NCBI GenBank assembly: GCA_046583395.1
Contig: JAYGCK010000079.1
Location: 1-63,296, forward strand
Source: Deltaproteobacteria bacterium
GTDB lineage: Bacteria > Desulfobacterota > Binatia > UBA1149 > CAYXZP01
Direction: 5' to 3'
DNA length: 63,296 nt
Shown here piece after piece: positions 48,584 to 59,072 of this stretch. A program made the translations under genes and the position numbers. Numbering within the stretch: the first letter of the stretch is position 1; each line of letters opens with the position of its first letter. Below the pieces are notes generated by a model, which was not told where the DNA came from, made no database searches, and was given only the letters and a program-made list of their open reading frames with translations.

Positions 48584-50378
48584 TTCGATAGAACTTCTTC
48601 CGCCTGATGCTATCGCGGGCATCGCCGCGGGTGAGGTCGTGGAACGGCCCGCCTCGGTGGTCAAGGAATTGGTGGAGAACTCTCTCGATGCCGGGGCCAC
48701 GCGTATCGGGGTCGTCTATGACGACAACAGCGTGCAGCGTATCGAGGTGTCCGACAACGGTTCGGGTATCCCGGCCCCCGAGGTGGGCCTGGCCTTCGAC
48801 CGGCATGCCACTAGCAAGCTTCGCAGCTTGTCCGGGCTCCCGGCGGTAGCAACCTTCGGATTTCGTGGAGAAGCCCTGCCTAGCATAGCGGCCGTGAGCG
48901 GGGTCGAGATGATTACCCGGTCGGCCGGGGAAGAGGCCGGGACGCGTGTTGCGGCAGGTCCCGGAGGCACCGAAAGGCCGTCGGCGGCCCCCTCGCCGGC
49001 CGGCACCCGGGTCGTGGTCGCCGACCTGTTCTCGGACACGCCGGCCCGCCGGAAGTTTCTGCGCTCGAAGAACGCCGAATACGGCCAGGTCGCCGACACC
49101 GTGCGCCGCTTCGCCTTGTTGCGTCCGGATGTCCATCTCGAATTGCGTCACAACGGGCGCCTGAGCTTCGAACTGCCGGCCACCTCCGCCCTGGTCGAAC
49201 GTGTTGGTCAGGTCTGGGGGCCGGAATCGGGAACCGGCCTGGTCGCTGTCGAGGCCCGCCACGCAGGCATGATGCTCGACGGTCTGGTTGGAACCATGGG
49301 CGGCGGGAACGGGACCGCGCGCAGGGTCGGAATGTTCATTAACGGCAGGTGGGTTCGTGACCGGCTGTTGTTCCGTGCGCTGATGGACGCTTGCCGTGGT
49401 CACCTGGTCAAGGGGCGCTACCCAATCGCTTGCCTGTTTCTCGGGGTCGAACCGGCGACCGTGGATGTCAACGTGCACCCTGCCAAGCTCGAGGTCCGTT
49501 TCAGCCAGCCCGATACGGTGGGCCGCTTCCTCACCGAGGGGGTGGGCGAGGCACTGCGTAACGGGTTCGGGCCACTTGGCCGCCCAGCCACCGCTGAGGC
49601 TCCGGGCTACCGGCTGCGCGAGAGTACAACCGCCGGCCAGGTCCGGGGTGGGTCGTCCCGGCCGGCATTGCCGGAGCACCCCGTGCCGCCCGGCGCCGGT
49701 TCGGAGCCCGTGGGCTACCGCCCGGCCGAGGTCGAACCTGTGGTGGTCACCGGCAGCTCCGAGCTGGCCGCCGAGCCTTTGCCGGGGATAGTTGGCGCGG
49801 GGGCCACGATGGGGGGTTTAGAGGTGGTCGGCCAGGTCTTTGACGGCTATCTGGTCTGTCAGGCTCCCGAAGAGCTGTTGCTTGTCGACCAGCACGCTCT
49901 CCACGAACGCATCCTCTACGAGCGGCTCATGGCCGCATACGAACGGACGGCCATAGAGAGCCAGCCGCTGCTGGTTCCGGTCACCGTTAGGGTCGGGGCC
50001 GACGGGGTCGAGGCGGTTGAGAGATACGCCGGTGCTTTGGGTGGCGCCGGTTGGGAGCTCGAAGCCTTCGGTACCGACGATGTAATTGTTCGGGCGGTGC
50101 CGGCCCTGCTCACCGATGCCGATACCGCAAGCATGGTCGAACGTACCGTGGCCGATCTAGTCCGTGCCCGTTCGGGCACGGCGGACGCGGTCCGCACCGC
50201 CATGGCATCGGCCGCATGCCATGCGGCGGTTCGCGTCGGGCGGCATATGGAACGGACAGAGGCTCGCGCTCTCCTCGAGGATGCCGCCAGCGTGAACTAC
50301 TCGGCGACCTGCCCGCACGGACGCCCCGTGTCTAAACGTTTTGGGCGGGCCGAAGTGGAGCGCATGTTCGGTCGCTGA
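48576..50378 (+). CDS. mutL: DNA mismatch repair protein MutL
   Basis: IAAGEVVERPASVVKELVENSLDAG, RHATSK, TFGFRGEALPSI, DVNVHPAK, DQHALHER, ACHAAV, CPHGRP. Likely TTG start at 48576. Confidence 0.96.
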   Translation: MRSSIELLPPDAIAGIAAGEVVERPASVVKELVENSLDAGATRIGVVYDDNSVQRIEVSDNGSGIPAPEVGLAFDRHATSKLRSLSGLPAVATFGFRGEALPSIAAVSGVEMITRSAGEEAGTRVAAGPGGTERPSAAPSPAGTRVVVADLFSDTPARRKFLRSKNAEYGQVADTVRRFALLRPDVHLELRHNGRLSFELPATSALVERVGQVWGPESGTGLVAVEARHAGMMLDGLVGTMGGGNGTARRVGMFINGRWVRDRLLFRALMDACRGHLVKGRYPIACLFLGVEPATVDVNVHPAKLEVRFSQPDTVGRFLTEGVGEALRNGFGPLGRPATAEAPGYRLRESTTAGQVRGGSSRPALPEHPVPPGAGSEPVGYRPAEVEPVVVTGSSELAAEPLPGIVGAGATMGGLEVVGQVFDGYLVCQAPEELLLVDQHALHERILYERLMAAYERTAIESQPLLVPVTVRVGADGVEAVERYAGALGGAGWELEAFGTDDVIVRAVPALLTDADTASMVERTVADLVRARSGTADAVRTAMASAACHAAVRVGRHMERTEARALLEDAASVNYSATCPHGRPVSKRFGRAEVERMFGR

Positions 50379-50382
50379 GGCG

Positions 50383-51327
50383 GTGACCGAAACGACCGCC
50401 ATACTCCCCGAGCGTGTTCTTGTCGTCGTCGGGCCGACCGCGGTAGGCAAAACCGACCTTGCGGCCGAGCTTGCCAGGAGGCTCGATGCCGAGGTGGTTG
50501 GTGCAGATTCCCGCCAGGTATACCGCCACATGGATGTCGGCACCGCCAAACCGGACCGCCTATTGCTCGGCGAGATACGCCATCACATGGTCGATGTGGT
50601 CGCTCCCGACGAGCACTTCGATGTCGCTCGCTGGCGTGAGGGCGTGACCGCGGCCCTGGCCGGCATCCAGCGGCGCGGCAAACGCGCCATCCTTTGCGGC
50701 GGTACCGGCCTGTACCTGCGGTCCATATTCAGGGGGCTGTTCAGAGGCCCGGGTGCCGACATCGAGTTGCGCAAGACCTTGGTCGAGCGCGAGCGCGCCG
50801 AAGCCGGTTGGTTGCGGGCGCGCCTTCTCGAGCGCGACCCGGATTCAGCCGCGCGCATACACGCCAACGACCAGGTCCGTACCATTCGTGCGCTCGAAGT
50901 GCTGGAGCTGACCGGCCGGCGGCTGTCGGAGTGGCATCGCTCGGACCGTGGCACCGCCGCTCCGTTCGGTACCGGGGTCGTGCAGGTGTCCTGCGACCGC
51001 GAGGCCCTCTATCGCCGGATAGAACGCCGTAGCCAGGGGATGGTCGCGGCCGGACTTGTCGATGAACTGCGCGGGCTCTACGCCGATGGCTATGCCCCCG
51101 GGCTAAAGGCCTTTTCGGCGATCGGTTACCGTGAAGCCGCACAATGCATAGAAGGTTCGCTCGACAGTGCCGACCTCGTTGGGGCGGTCTCGAGAGCGAC
51201 CAAGCGTTATGCTAAACGGCAGTCGACCTGGCTGCGTCACCAGTTACCGGCCGGGCCCCGGACCGAGGTCGCACCCGGGGGGCACGAAGAGGCTCTGACC
51301 TGGTCGGGCCGTTACTTCGATGCGTGA
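50383..51327 (+). CDS. miaA: tRNA dimethylallyltransferase
   Basis: GPTAVGKT, DSRQVY...GTAKP, GGTGLY, AIGY, YAKRQ.TW. Likely GTG start at 50383. Confidence 0.96.
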   Translation: MTETTAILPERVLVVVGPTAVGKTDLAAELARRLDAEVVGADSRQVYRHMDVGTAKPDRLLLGEIRHHMVDVVAPDEHFDVARWREGVTAALAGIQRRGKRAILCGGTGLYLRSIFRGLFRGPGADIELRKTLVERERAEAGWLRARLLERDPDSAARIHANDQVRTIRALEVLELTGRRLSEWHRSDRGTAAPFGTGVVQVSCDREALYRRIERRSQGMVAAGLVDELRGLYADGYAPGLKAFSAIGYREAAQCIEGSLDSADLVGAVSRATKRYAKRQSTWLRHQLPAGPRTEVAPGGHEEALTWSGRYFDA

Positions 51328-51387
51328 CAGCGTCGAGCGGTGCTCGTTGAGACTTCGCGCCATATGCGGTACGCAGCCGATGGTCCG

Positions 51388-52467
51388 GTGGCAAAGAAAA
51401 AGACACTGACGGAGTTGCGCCGCGCGGTTGACGATATCGACCAGCGCCTACTCCGGCTTCTCTCGCGGCGCGGGCGCGTTGCCAACGAGATAGGGCAGGC
51501 CAAGAGCCGTGGCTCGCGTGCGGTCCTCGACGCGGGCCGGGAGCGGGCGGTCATCCGTAGTGTTCTCGACGCCAATCCCGGCCCCTTGTCCGATGCGAGC
51601 ATCGAGGCGGTCTTCCGTGAGGTCATATCGGCTTGTCGCAGCAGTCAGGAACCCGCGCCGGTCGCGTTCCTGGGACCGGAGGGGAGCTTCTCGCACGACG
51701 CCGCGACCAGGCAGTTCGGCGGCGCGGCGGCCCTCGAGCCCGTTCAGACCATCGGTGACGTTTTCGCCGCTGTCGAGGCCGGGCGTGCGGCCTATGGGGT
51801 GGTTCCCCTGGAGAACACCATAGAGGGGGCCGTGACGCCGACCCTGGACTGCATGGTCGAGACCGGCGTTTCGATACTGGCCGAGCTCAAGATGAAGGTC
51901 GATCTCCATCTGATGTCGCGCGACGGCAAGGCGGGCAAGCTCCGGGCCATCGTATCTCATCCTCAGCCCCTTGCGCAGGCCCGGCGGACGCTGGCCTCAC
52001 GCTTTCCCGGGCTACGTCTGGAGACCGCTGCGAGCACTGCGGCCGCAGCTGAGTTGGCCTCCAAGCGAGCTACTACGGCCGCGTTGGCGGGCCCGCTGGC
52101 AGCCAAACGCTATGGCTTGAATATCGTTGCCCGTTCGTTGCAGGACGACCCTGGCAACGTCACGCGTTTTGTCGTGGTCGGCAAGGGGCAGGGGGCCAAA
52201 CGTACACGAAACGACCGCACTTCCCTGGTCGTGTCCGTGCGCGACGAGGTGGGGGTTCTCGAAAAGGTCCTTCGCCCGTTCGCGGCGAACTCCGTTAATC
52301 TTTCGATGATCGAATCACGACCGCTCTACGGACGTCCATGGGAGTACAGCTTCTACATCGAGGTCAGCGGGCACACTGACGACGGGCGTGTGAAAAAGGC
52401 CTTGGCTGGCCTGTCGCGTGTTGCCATTCACACGAAGGTGCTGGGATCCTATCCGATCGCTGAATGA
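51388..52467 (+). CDS. pheA: Chorismate mutase/prephenate dehydratase (P-protein)
   Basis: CM domain LRRAVDDIDQRLL, FLGPEGSFS, VPLENTIEG, SHPQPLAQ, NVTRF, ACT IESRP. Likely GTG start at 51388. Confidence 0.95.
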   Translation: MAKKKTLTELRRAVDDIDQRLLRLLSRRGRVANEIGQAKSRGSRAVLDAGRERAVIRSVLDANPGPLSDASIEAVFREVISACRSSQEPAPVAFLGPEGSFSHDAATRQFGGAAALEPVQTIGDVFAAVEAGRAAYGVVPLENTIEGAVTPTLDCMVETGVSILAELKMKVDLHLMSRDGKAGKLRAIVSHPQPLAQARRTLASRFPGLRLETAASTAAAAELASKRATTAALAGPLAAKRYGLNIVARSLQDDPGNVTRFVVVGKGQGAKRTRNDRTSLVVSVRDEVGVLEKVLRPFAANSVNLSMIESRPLYGRPWEYSFYIEVSGHTDDGRVKKALAGLSRVAIHTKVLGSYPIAE

Positions 52468-52471
52468 GCAC

Positions 52472-53623
52472 GTGAAACCGAAGGTCCCGAGTCGCGTACT
52501 AGAGATCGAGCCCTACGAACCGGGAAGACCGGTTGAGGACGTCGAACGTGAGTTGGGCATTGCCGGAAGTATCAAGCTGGCCTCCAATGAAAATCCGCTC
52601 GGTCCTTCGCCGGCCGCACTGTCGGTGCTACGCGAGGCCGCGGCGAAGGCCCCAAGCGACATTCACCGTTATCCGGACGGCAACGGCACCGTGTTGCGCA
52701 ACGCTCTGGCGGCGTTTGCCGGTGTCGAGACCGAACAGGTGGTCATCGGCAACGGTTCCAACGAGGTCATAGAGCTGTTGCTGCGCACCTTCGTCAGCGA
52801 AGGCGACGAGGTGCTGATGTCCGAGGAGGCCTTCCTGATCTATCGCCTTGCTTCGCTGGCGTCGGGGGCCCGCCCGGTAACGGCACCCTCGAGCAATTAC
52901 CGGCACGACCTCCGGGCCATCGCCGACCGCATAGGTCCGGCCACACGGATGGTGTTTCTGGCCAATCCGAACAATCCCACCGGCACCATCTACACCACGC
53001 CCGAGTGGGAGAGTTTCCTGTTGCGTGTTCCCGGCGATGTGTTGGTGGCGGTCGATGAGGCCTACTTCGAGTACGCTGACGCCGCTGACTACCCGCGCGC
53101 GTTGGGCTATCTGGGCTCCCACCCCGGCTTGGTGGTCATGAGGACCTTTTCGAAGGCATACGGCCTGGCCGGACTCCGTGTGGGCTATGGCGTTGGCTCG
53201 GCCGAACTCGTTGGTGCGATGCAACGCGTTCGCCAGCCGTTCAACGTGGGTTCCTTGGCTCAGGCGGCCGCAGTGGCCGCGCTCGGGGACAACGAACACA
53301 TAGCCGCCTCGCAGCGCGTGGCCGGCCAGGCGCGCCGGGCCTATGAGGACGCCTTTGCCGGTCTCGGGCTGGACTTCGTGCCGAGTCAGGCCAACTTCGT
53401 TCTGGTCGAGGTCGGCGACGGCAAGGCCGTCAGTTCCGAGATGATGCGGCGTGGGGTGATTATACGTTCGATGGAAGCCTACGGGATGCCAAGCAAGGTG
53501 CGGATAAGTTTCGGGACCGAGCTAGAGAACGACAGATGCATAGAGGCGCTCGGTGCGGTCCTCGGCCAGCGTGCCGGGAAAGCGCGGGCAGGGCAGACGG
53601 GCCCTCGACATGCGGCCAGTTGA
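52472..53623 (+). CDS. hisC: Histidinol-phosphate aminotransferase
   Basis: YEPG, KLASNENPLG, YPD, GNGSNE, NPNNPTG, DEAY, RTFSKAYGLAGLRVGY. Likely GTG start at 52472. Confidence 0.95.
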   Translation: MKPKVPSRVLEIEPYEPGRPVEDVERELGIAGSIKLASNENPLGPSPAALSVLREAAAKAPSDIHRYPDGNGTVLRNALAAFAGVETEQVVIGNGSNEVIELLLRTFVSEGDEVLMSEEAFLIYRLASLASGARPVTAPSSNYRHDLRAIADRIGPATRMVFLANPNNPTGTIYTTPEWESFLLRVPGDVLVAVDEAYFEYADAADYPRALGYLGSHPGLVVMRTFSKAYGLAGLRVGYGVGSAELVGAMQRVRQPFNVGSLAQAAAVAALGDNEHIAASQRVAGQARRAYEDAFAGLGLDFVPSQANFVLVEVGDGKAVSSEMMRRGVIIRSMEAYGMPSKVRISFGTELENDRCIEALGAVLGQRAGKARAGQTGPRHAAS

Positions 53624-54461
53624 AAGGCTGGTCATCGTCGGCGTTGGCCTGGTCGGCGGCTCCCTGGCCGCGGCCCTGGCCGAGCGCGGCCTTGCCCGCA
53701 ATATCGTCGGGGTCGGGCGCAGCGCCGATAATCTTGCACGCGCGCTCGGCGATGGTCTGATTACCGAATCCACCAGTGAGTTGGCCGTGGCCCTTGAAGG
53801 CGCCGATCTGGTGATATTGGCAACCCCGGTCGGGACCGCGCTCGAGATTTTACCCGAGTTGGCGGCCGCAGCCGGCCCCGACACGCTCATAAGCGACGTC
53901 GGCAGCGTCAAGGGACCAATCTGTGCGCTCGCAGAGGACCTCGGGGTAGGCGACCGTTTCGTGGGCGGGCATCCGCTGGCCGGCGGCATCGCCACAGGGG
54001 CGTCGGCGGCGCGTGCCGGTCTGTTCGAGGGTACCGATGTCGTTCTCTGTAGAGCCGCCGCTACTGGGGCTAGCTACGAGAGGATCGCCGAACTATGGCA
54101 GGCAGTCGGTGCGCGGGTGTCCGAACTTGGGGCCGCCCATCACGACCGCGCCTTGGCGGTGACGAGCCATCTCCCGCAGCTACTTGCCTCGGCCTTGGCC
54201 TTGACCGCCGGGCGTACAGATATCGACGACCTCGGGTTTGCCGGTCCGGCGTTAGATGAAATGACCAGGGTCGCGGCTTCCGACACTGAGATGTGGCGAC
54301 AAATCTGCCGGGCCAACCAGGGCGAGCTTAGCGGAGCACTTGGCGGGTTCGCCGCAGTGCTGACCGAATTAAGCGAGGCGATAGAGCGTGGTGACGATGA
54401 GCGTTTGGCCCAACTGTTCGAGGAGGCCCGGCTCTGGCGCCAGCGGGCCAAGGCCAAGTGA
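53610..54461 (+). CDS. tyrA: Prephenate/arogenate dehydrogenase
   Basis: GVGLVGGS, DVGSVK, GGHPLAG, HDRALAVTSHLPQ, TRVAAS...MW. ATG at 53610. Confidence 0.92.
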   Translation: MRPVERLVIVGVGLVGGSLAAALAERGLARNIVGVGRSADNLARALGDGLITESTSELAVALEGADLVILATPVGTALEILPELAAAAGPDTLISDVGSVKGPICALAEDLGVGDRFVGGHPLAGGIATGASAARAGLFEGTDVVLCRAAATGASYERIAELWQAVGARVSELGAAHHDRALAVTSHLPQLLASALALTAGRTDIDDLGFAGPALDEMTRVAASDTEMWRQICRANQGELSGALGGFAAVLTELSEAIERGDDERLAQLFEEARLWRQRAKAK

Positions 54462-54468
54462 CCGGCCG

Positions 54469-55743
54469 ATGTTGACTGTGGCCCCGGCCGACGGGCCGCT
54501 TTTGGGCCATCTGAAGGTGCCGGGTGACAAATCAATCTCTCATCGAGCGCTAATACTCGCGGCTGCGGCCGAGGGCGTGTCCCGGCTCGGGGGCCTCGGG
54601 CAGGGCGCCGATCTGGTCTCGACGCGTGCGGCAATGGAACGGCTTGGCGCCGGTATCGAAGAGGGTAAGGAGGGCATCGAAATAAGCGGCTGCGGTCTTC
54701 GCTTTGACGAGCCCGGCGCTGTGCTCGATTGCGGGAACTCCGGCACTACCATGCGACTCCTGACCGGGCTTCTGGCAGGGCAACCCTTTGGTTCTACGCT
54801 CGATGGCGACAACTCTTTGCGCTCGCGCCCGATGGAGCGTGTGGCCGGCCCGCTCGAAGGGATGGGGGCAAGTATACGGACCAATGGCGGCCGGGCCCCG
54901 CTTCACATTCAAGGGCGGCGCCTGGCCGGGGCCTGTCATGCGCTCGACATACCCAGCGCTCAGCTCAAATCGGCCCTGCTCTTGGCCGGACTTCAGGCCG
55001 AGGGCCTGACCGAGGTCAGCGAACCGCGGGCCTCACGTGACCATACTGAACGGATGTTGCAGTTCATGGGCGTTGCGCTCGAACGGCGCGGCCTGACGGT
55101 CTCGCTGGGCGGTCCGGCCATTCCCCAGGCGCGCGATATATCGGTGCCCGGTGACCCGTCGTCGGCGGCTTTTCTGATACTAGCCGCGGTTCTGGTGCCC
55201 GGTTCTACGGTGACCATCGATGGGGTGTGCCTCAATCCGACCCGGACCGGTTTCATTGCGGTGCTCAAGCGAATGGGAGCGGACCTCGAAGTCGACACGT
55301 CCGGGGAGTCGTGCGGCGAGACCGTGGGGACTATCACGGCGCGGGCGTCAGAGCTGACCGGAACCGACGTGGGTGCTGACGAGATACCGGCGACCATAGA
55401 CGAGCTGCCTGCCCTGGCGGTGGCCGCTGCGGCAGCAAAGGGGGAGACCCGGGTGTGGGGAGCCGGCGAGCTGCGGGTCAAGGAAAGCGACCGCATCGCT
55501 GCTATCGGCTCCATGCTGACTTGCATGGGGGTCCGCGTTGAAGAGCACGAGGACGGATTGACGGTAGAAGGGGGTCGGTTGCGCGGAGACTGCGAGTTCG
55601 ATGCCATGGGCGATCATCGCATGGCGATGTCGGCTGCGGTTGCCGCACTCGTGGCCGACGGTCCGGTGGCCATCGTGGGTGCCGAGGCGGCCGATGTGTC
55701 CTACCCCGGATTCTTCAAGGTATTGGAGGGGCTGCGCCGATGA
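54469..55743 (+). CDS. aroA: EPSP synthase
   Basis: PGDKSISHR, DCGNSGTT, RPM, SAQLKS, RDHTERM, PGDPSSAAF, KESDRI, DHRMAM. ATG at 54469. Confidence 0.97.
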   Translation: MLTVAPADGPLLGHLKVPGDKSISHRALILAAAAEGVSRLGGLGQGADLVSTRAAMERLGAGIEEGKEGIEISGCGLRFDEPGAVLDCGNSGTTMRLLTGLLAGQPFGSTLDGDNSLRSRPMERVAGPLEGMGASIRTNGGRAPLHIQGRRLAGACHALDIPSAQLKSALLLAGLQAEGLTEVSEPRASRDHTERMLQFMGVALERRGLTVSLGGPAIPQARDISVPGDPSSAAFLILAAVLVPGSTVTIDGVCLNPTRTGFIAVLKRMGADLEVDTSGESCGETVGTITARASELTGTDVGADEIPATIDELPALAVAAAAAKGETRVWGAGELRVKESDRIAAIGSMLTCMGVRVEEHEDGLTVEGGRLRGDCEFDAMGDHRMAMSAAVAALVADGPVAIVGAEAADVSYPGFFKVLEGLRR

Positions 55744-56432
55744 CGCCGGATGCGCGTGCCCCCTTTATCATAGCCATCGACGGTCCTTCGGCGGCGGGCA
55801 AGTCCACGGTCGCCCGTTTGGTGGCCGAACGCCTCGGGCTGCCTTATCTGGATTCCGGTGCGCTCTATCGCACCGTGGCCCTGGCCGCGCTCGAGGCCGG
55901 TGTCGGCCTCGAGGATGGCGACGCCGTGGCCAGGTTTGCCGCAGGCTTGGACATCGAGCCGATTGATGGGGGAACTCGCGTTCTCCTGGCCGGTCAGGAC
56001 GTCACCGGGCGTTTGCGTAGTTTCGAGGTCAGCGAGGCCGCGTCCCGGGTGTCGGCCGTGGCCGGTGTGCGCCAGATTCTGCGCGAACTGCAACGGGCCG
56101 CGGTGGGCGACTACGGCGCCGTGGCCGAGGGCCGGGATATGGGTACGGTTATCTTCCCCAACGCAGCACTCAAGGTCTTTTTGGACGCTGAACCCGGTGA
56201 AAGGGCCCGGCGGCGTGCCGCAGAGAGGTCGCAACCCCCATCCGGGGTCGAGGCGGTGGGCCGCGAACTGGCCCGCCGTGATCGCCGTGACCGTGACCGC
56301 AAGGTCGCACCGCTCGAGGTCGCTCCAGACGCGGTCCGCATCGACTCCACCACGCTCAATATTGAGGAGGTGGTCGCCTCGATAATCGCCAAGGCGACCG
56401 AGCTGGGGTTCTCGGCAGAGAAAAAGTTCTGA
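55740..56432 (+). CDS. cmk: Cytidylate kinase
   Basis: IAIDGPSAAGKST, LDSGALYR, AEGRDMGT, RDRRD. Confidence 0.96.
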   Translation: MTPDARAPFIIAIDGPSAAGKSTVARLVAERLGLPYLDSGALYRTVALAALEAGVGLEDGDAVARFAAGLDIEPIDGGTRVLLAGQDVTGRLRSFEVSEAASRVSAVAGVRQILRELQRAAVGDYGAVAEGRDMGTVIFPNAALKVFLDAEPGERARRRAAERSQPPSGVEAVGRELARRDRRDRDRKVAPLEVAPDAVRIDSTTLNIEEVVASIIAKATELGFSAEKKF

Positions 56433-56518
56433 AAAATTACGGGTTTCCCTTGAAAATAAGCGCGCGTGGCGATATTCAGCTGGGGCAACGCGCGCACGCC
56501 GCGCCACTACTGCGGTAC

Positions 56519-58216
56519 ATGGAGAGCTTTCGCGATATCGTCGACGATGCCGTCCAGCCCCCACGGACGGGCGACTACGTGGCCGGCCGTGTGGTTGCGG
56601 TCGATGATGACGGCGTTACGGTCGATATCGGGTGCAAGTCCGAGGGCATCGTTCCAATCGCCGAGTTCGTTGACGCAGCCGGCGATCTCAAGGTTGTCGA
56701 AGGCGACGAGATAGAGGTTTATGTGGAGGCGCTCGGGGCCGACGGCGCCGAGGTCAAGCTTTCCTACTCCTACGCACGCGAGTCCTCGATTTGGCGTGAA
56801 ATCGAGAGCGCGTATCAGAGCGGCGGAAGCATAGAGGGCAAGATTATCGGGTCCGTCAAGGGCGGGCTCAAGGTCGATGTCGGTGTCCTGGCCTTCCTGC
56901 CCGGCTCGCATGTCGATATACGCCCGCACGGTTCGCTCGAACGCTACGTAGGAGACCAGGCCTCTTTTGCCGTTCTCAAGTTCAACCGCACCCGTGGCAA
57001 TGTCGTCGTCTCCCGCAAGTTGCTGTTGGAGAAAGAACGTGAGGCCGAGCGCGGAGAGACCCTCAAGCTTCTCGAAGAGGGCGTCATTCTCGAGGGTGTC
57101 GTAAAGAACGTCACCGACTACGGTGCTTTTGTCGACCTCGGCGGTGTGGACGGACTTTTACATGTAACCGATATGTCTTGGGGGCGGGTAGGCCGGCCCT
57201 CCGAGGTCGTGTCGTCGGGCGACCAAATAAAGGTCGTGGTGCTCAAGTACGATGCCGATGGTTCACGGATATCACTGGGGCTGAAGCAATTGAGCCCCGA
57301 CCCTTGGAGCACCGTGGCCGACCGCCTCTTTCCTGGAAGCCGCGTGGGCGGGAAGGTCATGAGCCTAACCGACTATGGGGCCTTCGTCGAGGTCGAAGAT
57401 GGCATAGAGGGGCTGGTCCACGTTTCGGAGATGTCGTGGACCGGCAGGATTGCGCACCCATCCAAGGTCGTTTCCGTCGGTCAGGAGGTCGAGGTGGTGG
57501 TACTGGCCCTGGACTCGGACAACCGCCGTATCTCACTGGGCCTCAAGCAGGCCACCGCAAATCCCTGGGAACAACTTCCCATCGATCATCCGGTCGGCAG
57601 CCGGGTCACTGGCAAGGTCACCAGCCTCACCGATTTTGGTGCTTTCGTGAGCGTGGCCGAGGGTATCGACGGCCTGATTCATATCTCCGACCTCCACTGG
57701 ACCCGCAAGCTTCGCCACCCCTCCGAGTTGCTCGAGAAGGGGCAAGAGGTCGAGGCGGTGGTCATGAGCATCGATGTTGCCAGTGAACGCCTCTCGCTCG
57801 GCCTCAAGCAGACCAATGGCGACCCCTGGAGCAGCATGGAATCGAGTTGTCGCCCGGGGGCGCGGGTTAGCGGCAAGATTACCAACGTTACCGACTTCGG
57901 CGTGTTCGTAGAGATTGGGGACGGGCTCGAAGGAATGGTCCATGTCTCGGAATTGTCGAGCGAGCGTACCGACGACCCGCGCGAGAAGTTCAAGGCCGGA
58001 GAGGAGGTCGAAGCCGTGGTCCTCCAGGTGGACCCCCGTGAAAAACGCATATCGCTCAGCATCAAGTCGCTCTTGAGCGCGTCCGACCAGAAAGAGGCCG
58101 GGCAGTACTCGGGGGAGGCCGTCACGGCCTCGAACACCTCGTTGGGCGACCTCATCAATAAAGAATTGGCCAAGAGTGCCGACGCCGACGCGTCCGAGGA
58201 CGGGGAGCAGGATTAG
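56519..58216 (+). CDS. rpsA: 30S ribosomal protein S1
   Basis: Six S1 repeats (TDYGAFV, GLLHVTDMSW, ISLGLKQ). Likely ATG at 56519; the track TTG 56450 coincides with a TTGAAA -35-like box. Confidence 0.97.
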   Translation: MESFRDIVDDAVQPPRTGDYVAGRVVAVDDDGVTVDIGCKSEGIVPIAEFVDAAGDLKVVEGDEIEVYVEALGADGAEVKLSYSYARESSIWREIESAYQSGGSIEGKIIGSVKGGLKVDVGVLAFLPGSHVDIRPHGSLERYVGDQASFAVLKFNRTRGNVVVSRKLLLEKEREAERGETLKLLEEGVILEGVVKNVTDYGAFVDLGGVDGLLHVTDMSWGRVGRPSEVVSSGDQIKVVVLKYDADGSRISLGLKQLSPDPWSTVADRLFPGSRVGGKVMSLTDYGAFVEVEDGIEGLVHVSEMSWTGRIAHPSKVVSVGQEVEVVVLALDSDNRRISLGLKQATANPWEQLPIDHPVGSRVTGKVTSLTDFGAFVSVAEGIDGLIHISDLHWTRKLRHPSELLEKGQEVEAVVMSIDVASERLSLGLKQTNGDPWSSMESSCRPGARVSGKITNVTDFGVFVEIGDGLEGMVHVSELSSERTDDPREKFKAGEEVEAVVLQVDPREKRISLSIKSLLSASDQKEAGQYSGEAVTASNTSLGDLINKELAKSADADASEDGEQD

Positions 58217-58223
58217 TCCGGGC

Positions 58224-58556
58224 ATGACCAAGCGCGAACTTATCGACGAGGTGGTGGGCTTGCATCCCCTGTATTCGCGCCGTGACGCTGAGGTCATCGT
58301 TAACGCCGTCTTCGAGTTCATGACCGAGGCCCTGTGCGCCGGACAGCGGATTGAGATACGCGGGTTCGGTAGTTTTGTGGTCAAGCAGCGGCGAGCCCGG
58401 GAGGGGCGCAACCCCAAGACCGGCGAGATTGTCGCCGTGGCAGCCAAAAGAGTGCCGTTCTTCAAGGTCGGCAAGGACCTCAAGCGGCGTGTGGACGATG
58501 GTGTTTCCGACGGCGAGGTCGGCGATGGCGCCGACCGGGAAGCATCCTCGGGCTGA
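58224..58556 (+). CDS. ihfB: Integration host factor subunit beta
   Basis: MTKRELI, RIEIRGFGSF, GRNPKTGE, PFFKVGK. Lies downstream of rpsA. Confidence 0.9.
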   Translation: MTKRELIDEVVGLHPLYSRRDAEVIVNAVFEFMTEALCAGQRIEIRGFGSFVVKQRRAREGRNPKTGEIVAVAAKRVPFFKVGKDLKRRVDDGVSDGEVGDGADREASSG

Positions 58557-58562
58557 GCACGC

Positions 58563-59072
58563 GTGAGGGTCTTGTGGGCGCCCTGGCGTCTTTCTTACGT
58601 CGAGAGAACCGAAAAGAACCAAAGCTGCATCTTTTGTGATAAGCCCGTTTTAACGGGACCCGCCGAACGTCGCGAAGCGCTCGTGCTCCACAGCGACCCC
58701 CACAGTTCGGTCATCATCAACAAGTTCCCTTACACCAACGGCAACCTGATGGTCTCACCGCGGACCCACACTGCCGACCTCCCGGGTCTCGATGCTGTCG
58801 GTTCGACCGCGCTCCTGGAGACCGTCAAGCTGGCGGTCAGCGCCCTCGAGGAGGTCTACTCGCCCCAGGGGTTCAACATAGGGATGAACCTCGGCCGCTC
58901 GGCCGGAGCGGGCATCGACGAGCACCTCCATTGGCACGTGGTTCCGCGCTGGGAAGGGGACACTAACTTTATGCCGCTTCTTGCCGAGACCAGGGTCATC
59001 CCCGAGCATCTCGAGGATTGTTACGACCGTTTGCTGCCCGTGTTCGAGCGGGCATCCAAAAGTTTGCAATGA
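58563..59072 (+). CDS. HIT-family hydrolase (Ap4A phosphorylase-like)
   Basis: LWAPWR.SY, CIFC, NKFPYTNG, GFNIGMNLGRSAGAG, HLHWHVVPRW.GD.NFM. Confidence 0.9.
   Translation: MRVLWAPWRLSYVERTEKNQSCIFCDKPVLTGPAERREALVLHSDPHSSVIINKFPYTNGNLMVSPRTHTADLPGLDAVGSTALLETVKLAVSALEEVYSPQGFNIGMNLGRSAGAGIDEHLHWHVVPRWEGDTNFMPLLAETRVIPEHLEDCYDRLLPVFERASKSLQ

Noticed and set aside
57100-58070. Recurring DNA motif ACCGA(C/T)T(A/T)(C/T)GG...TT(C/T)GT in rpsA, resembling a spaced repeat array
   Set aside because: It encodes the TD(Y/F)G(A/V)FV motif of consecutive S1 domains. It is not a CRISPR or other non-coding repeat.
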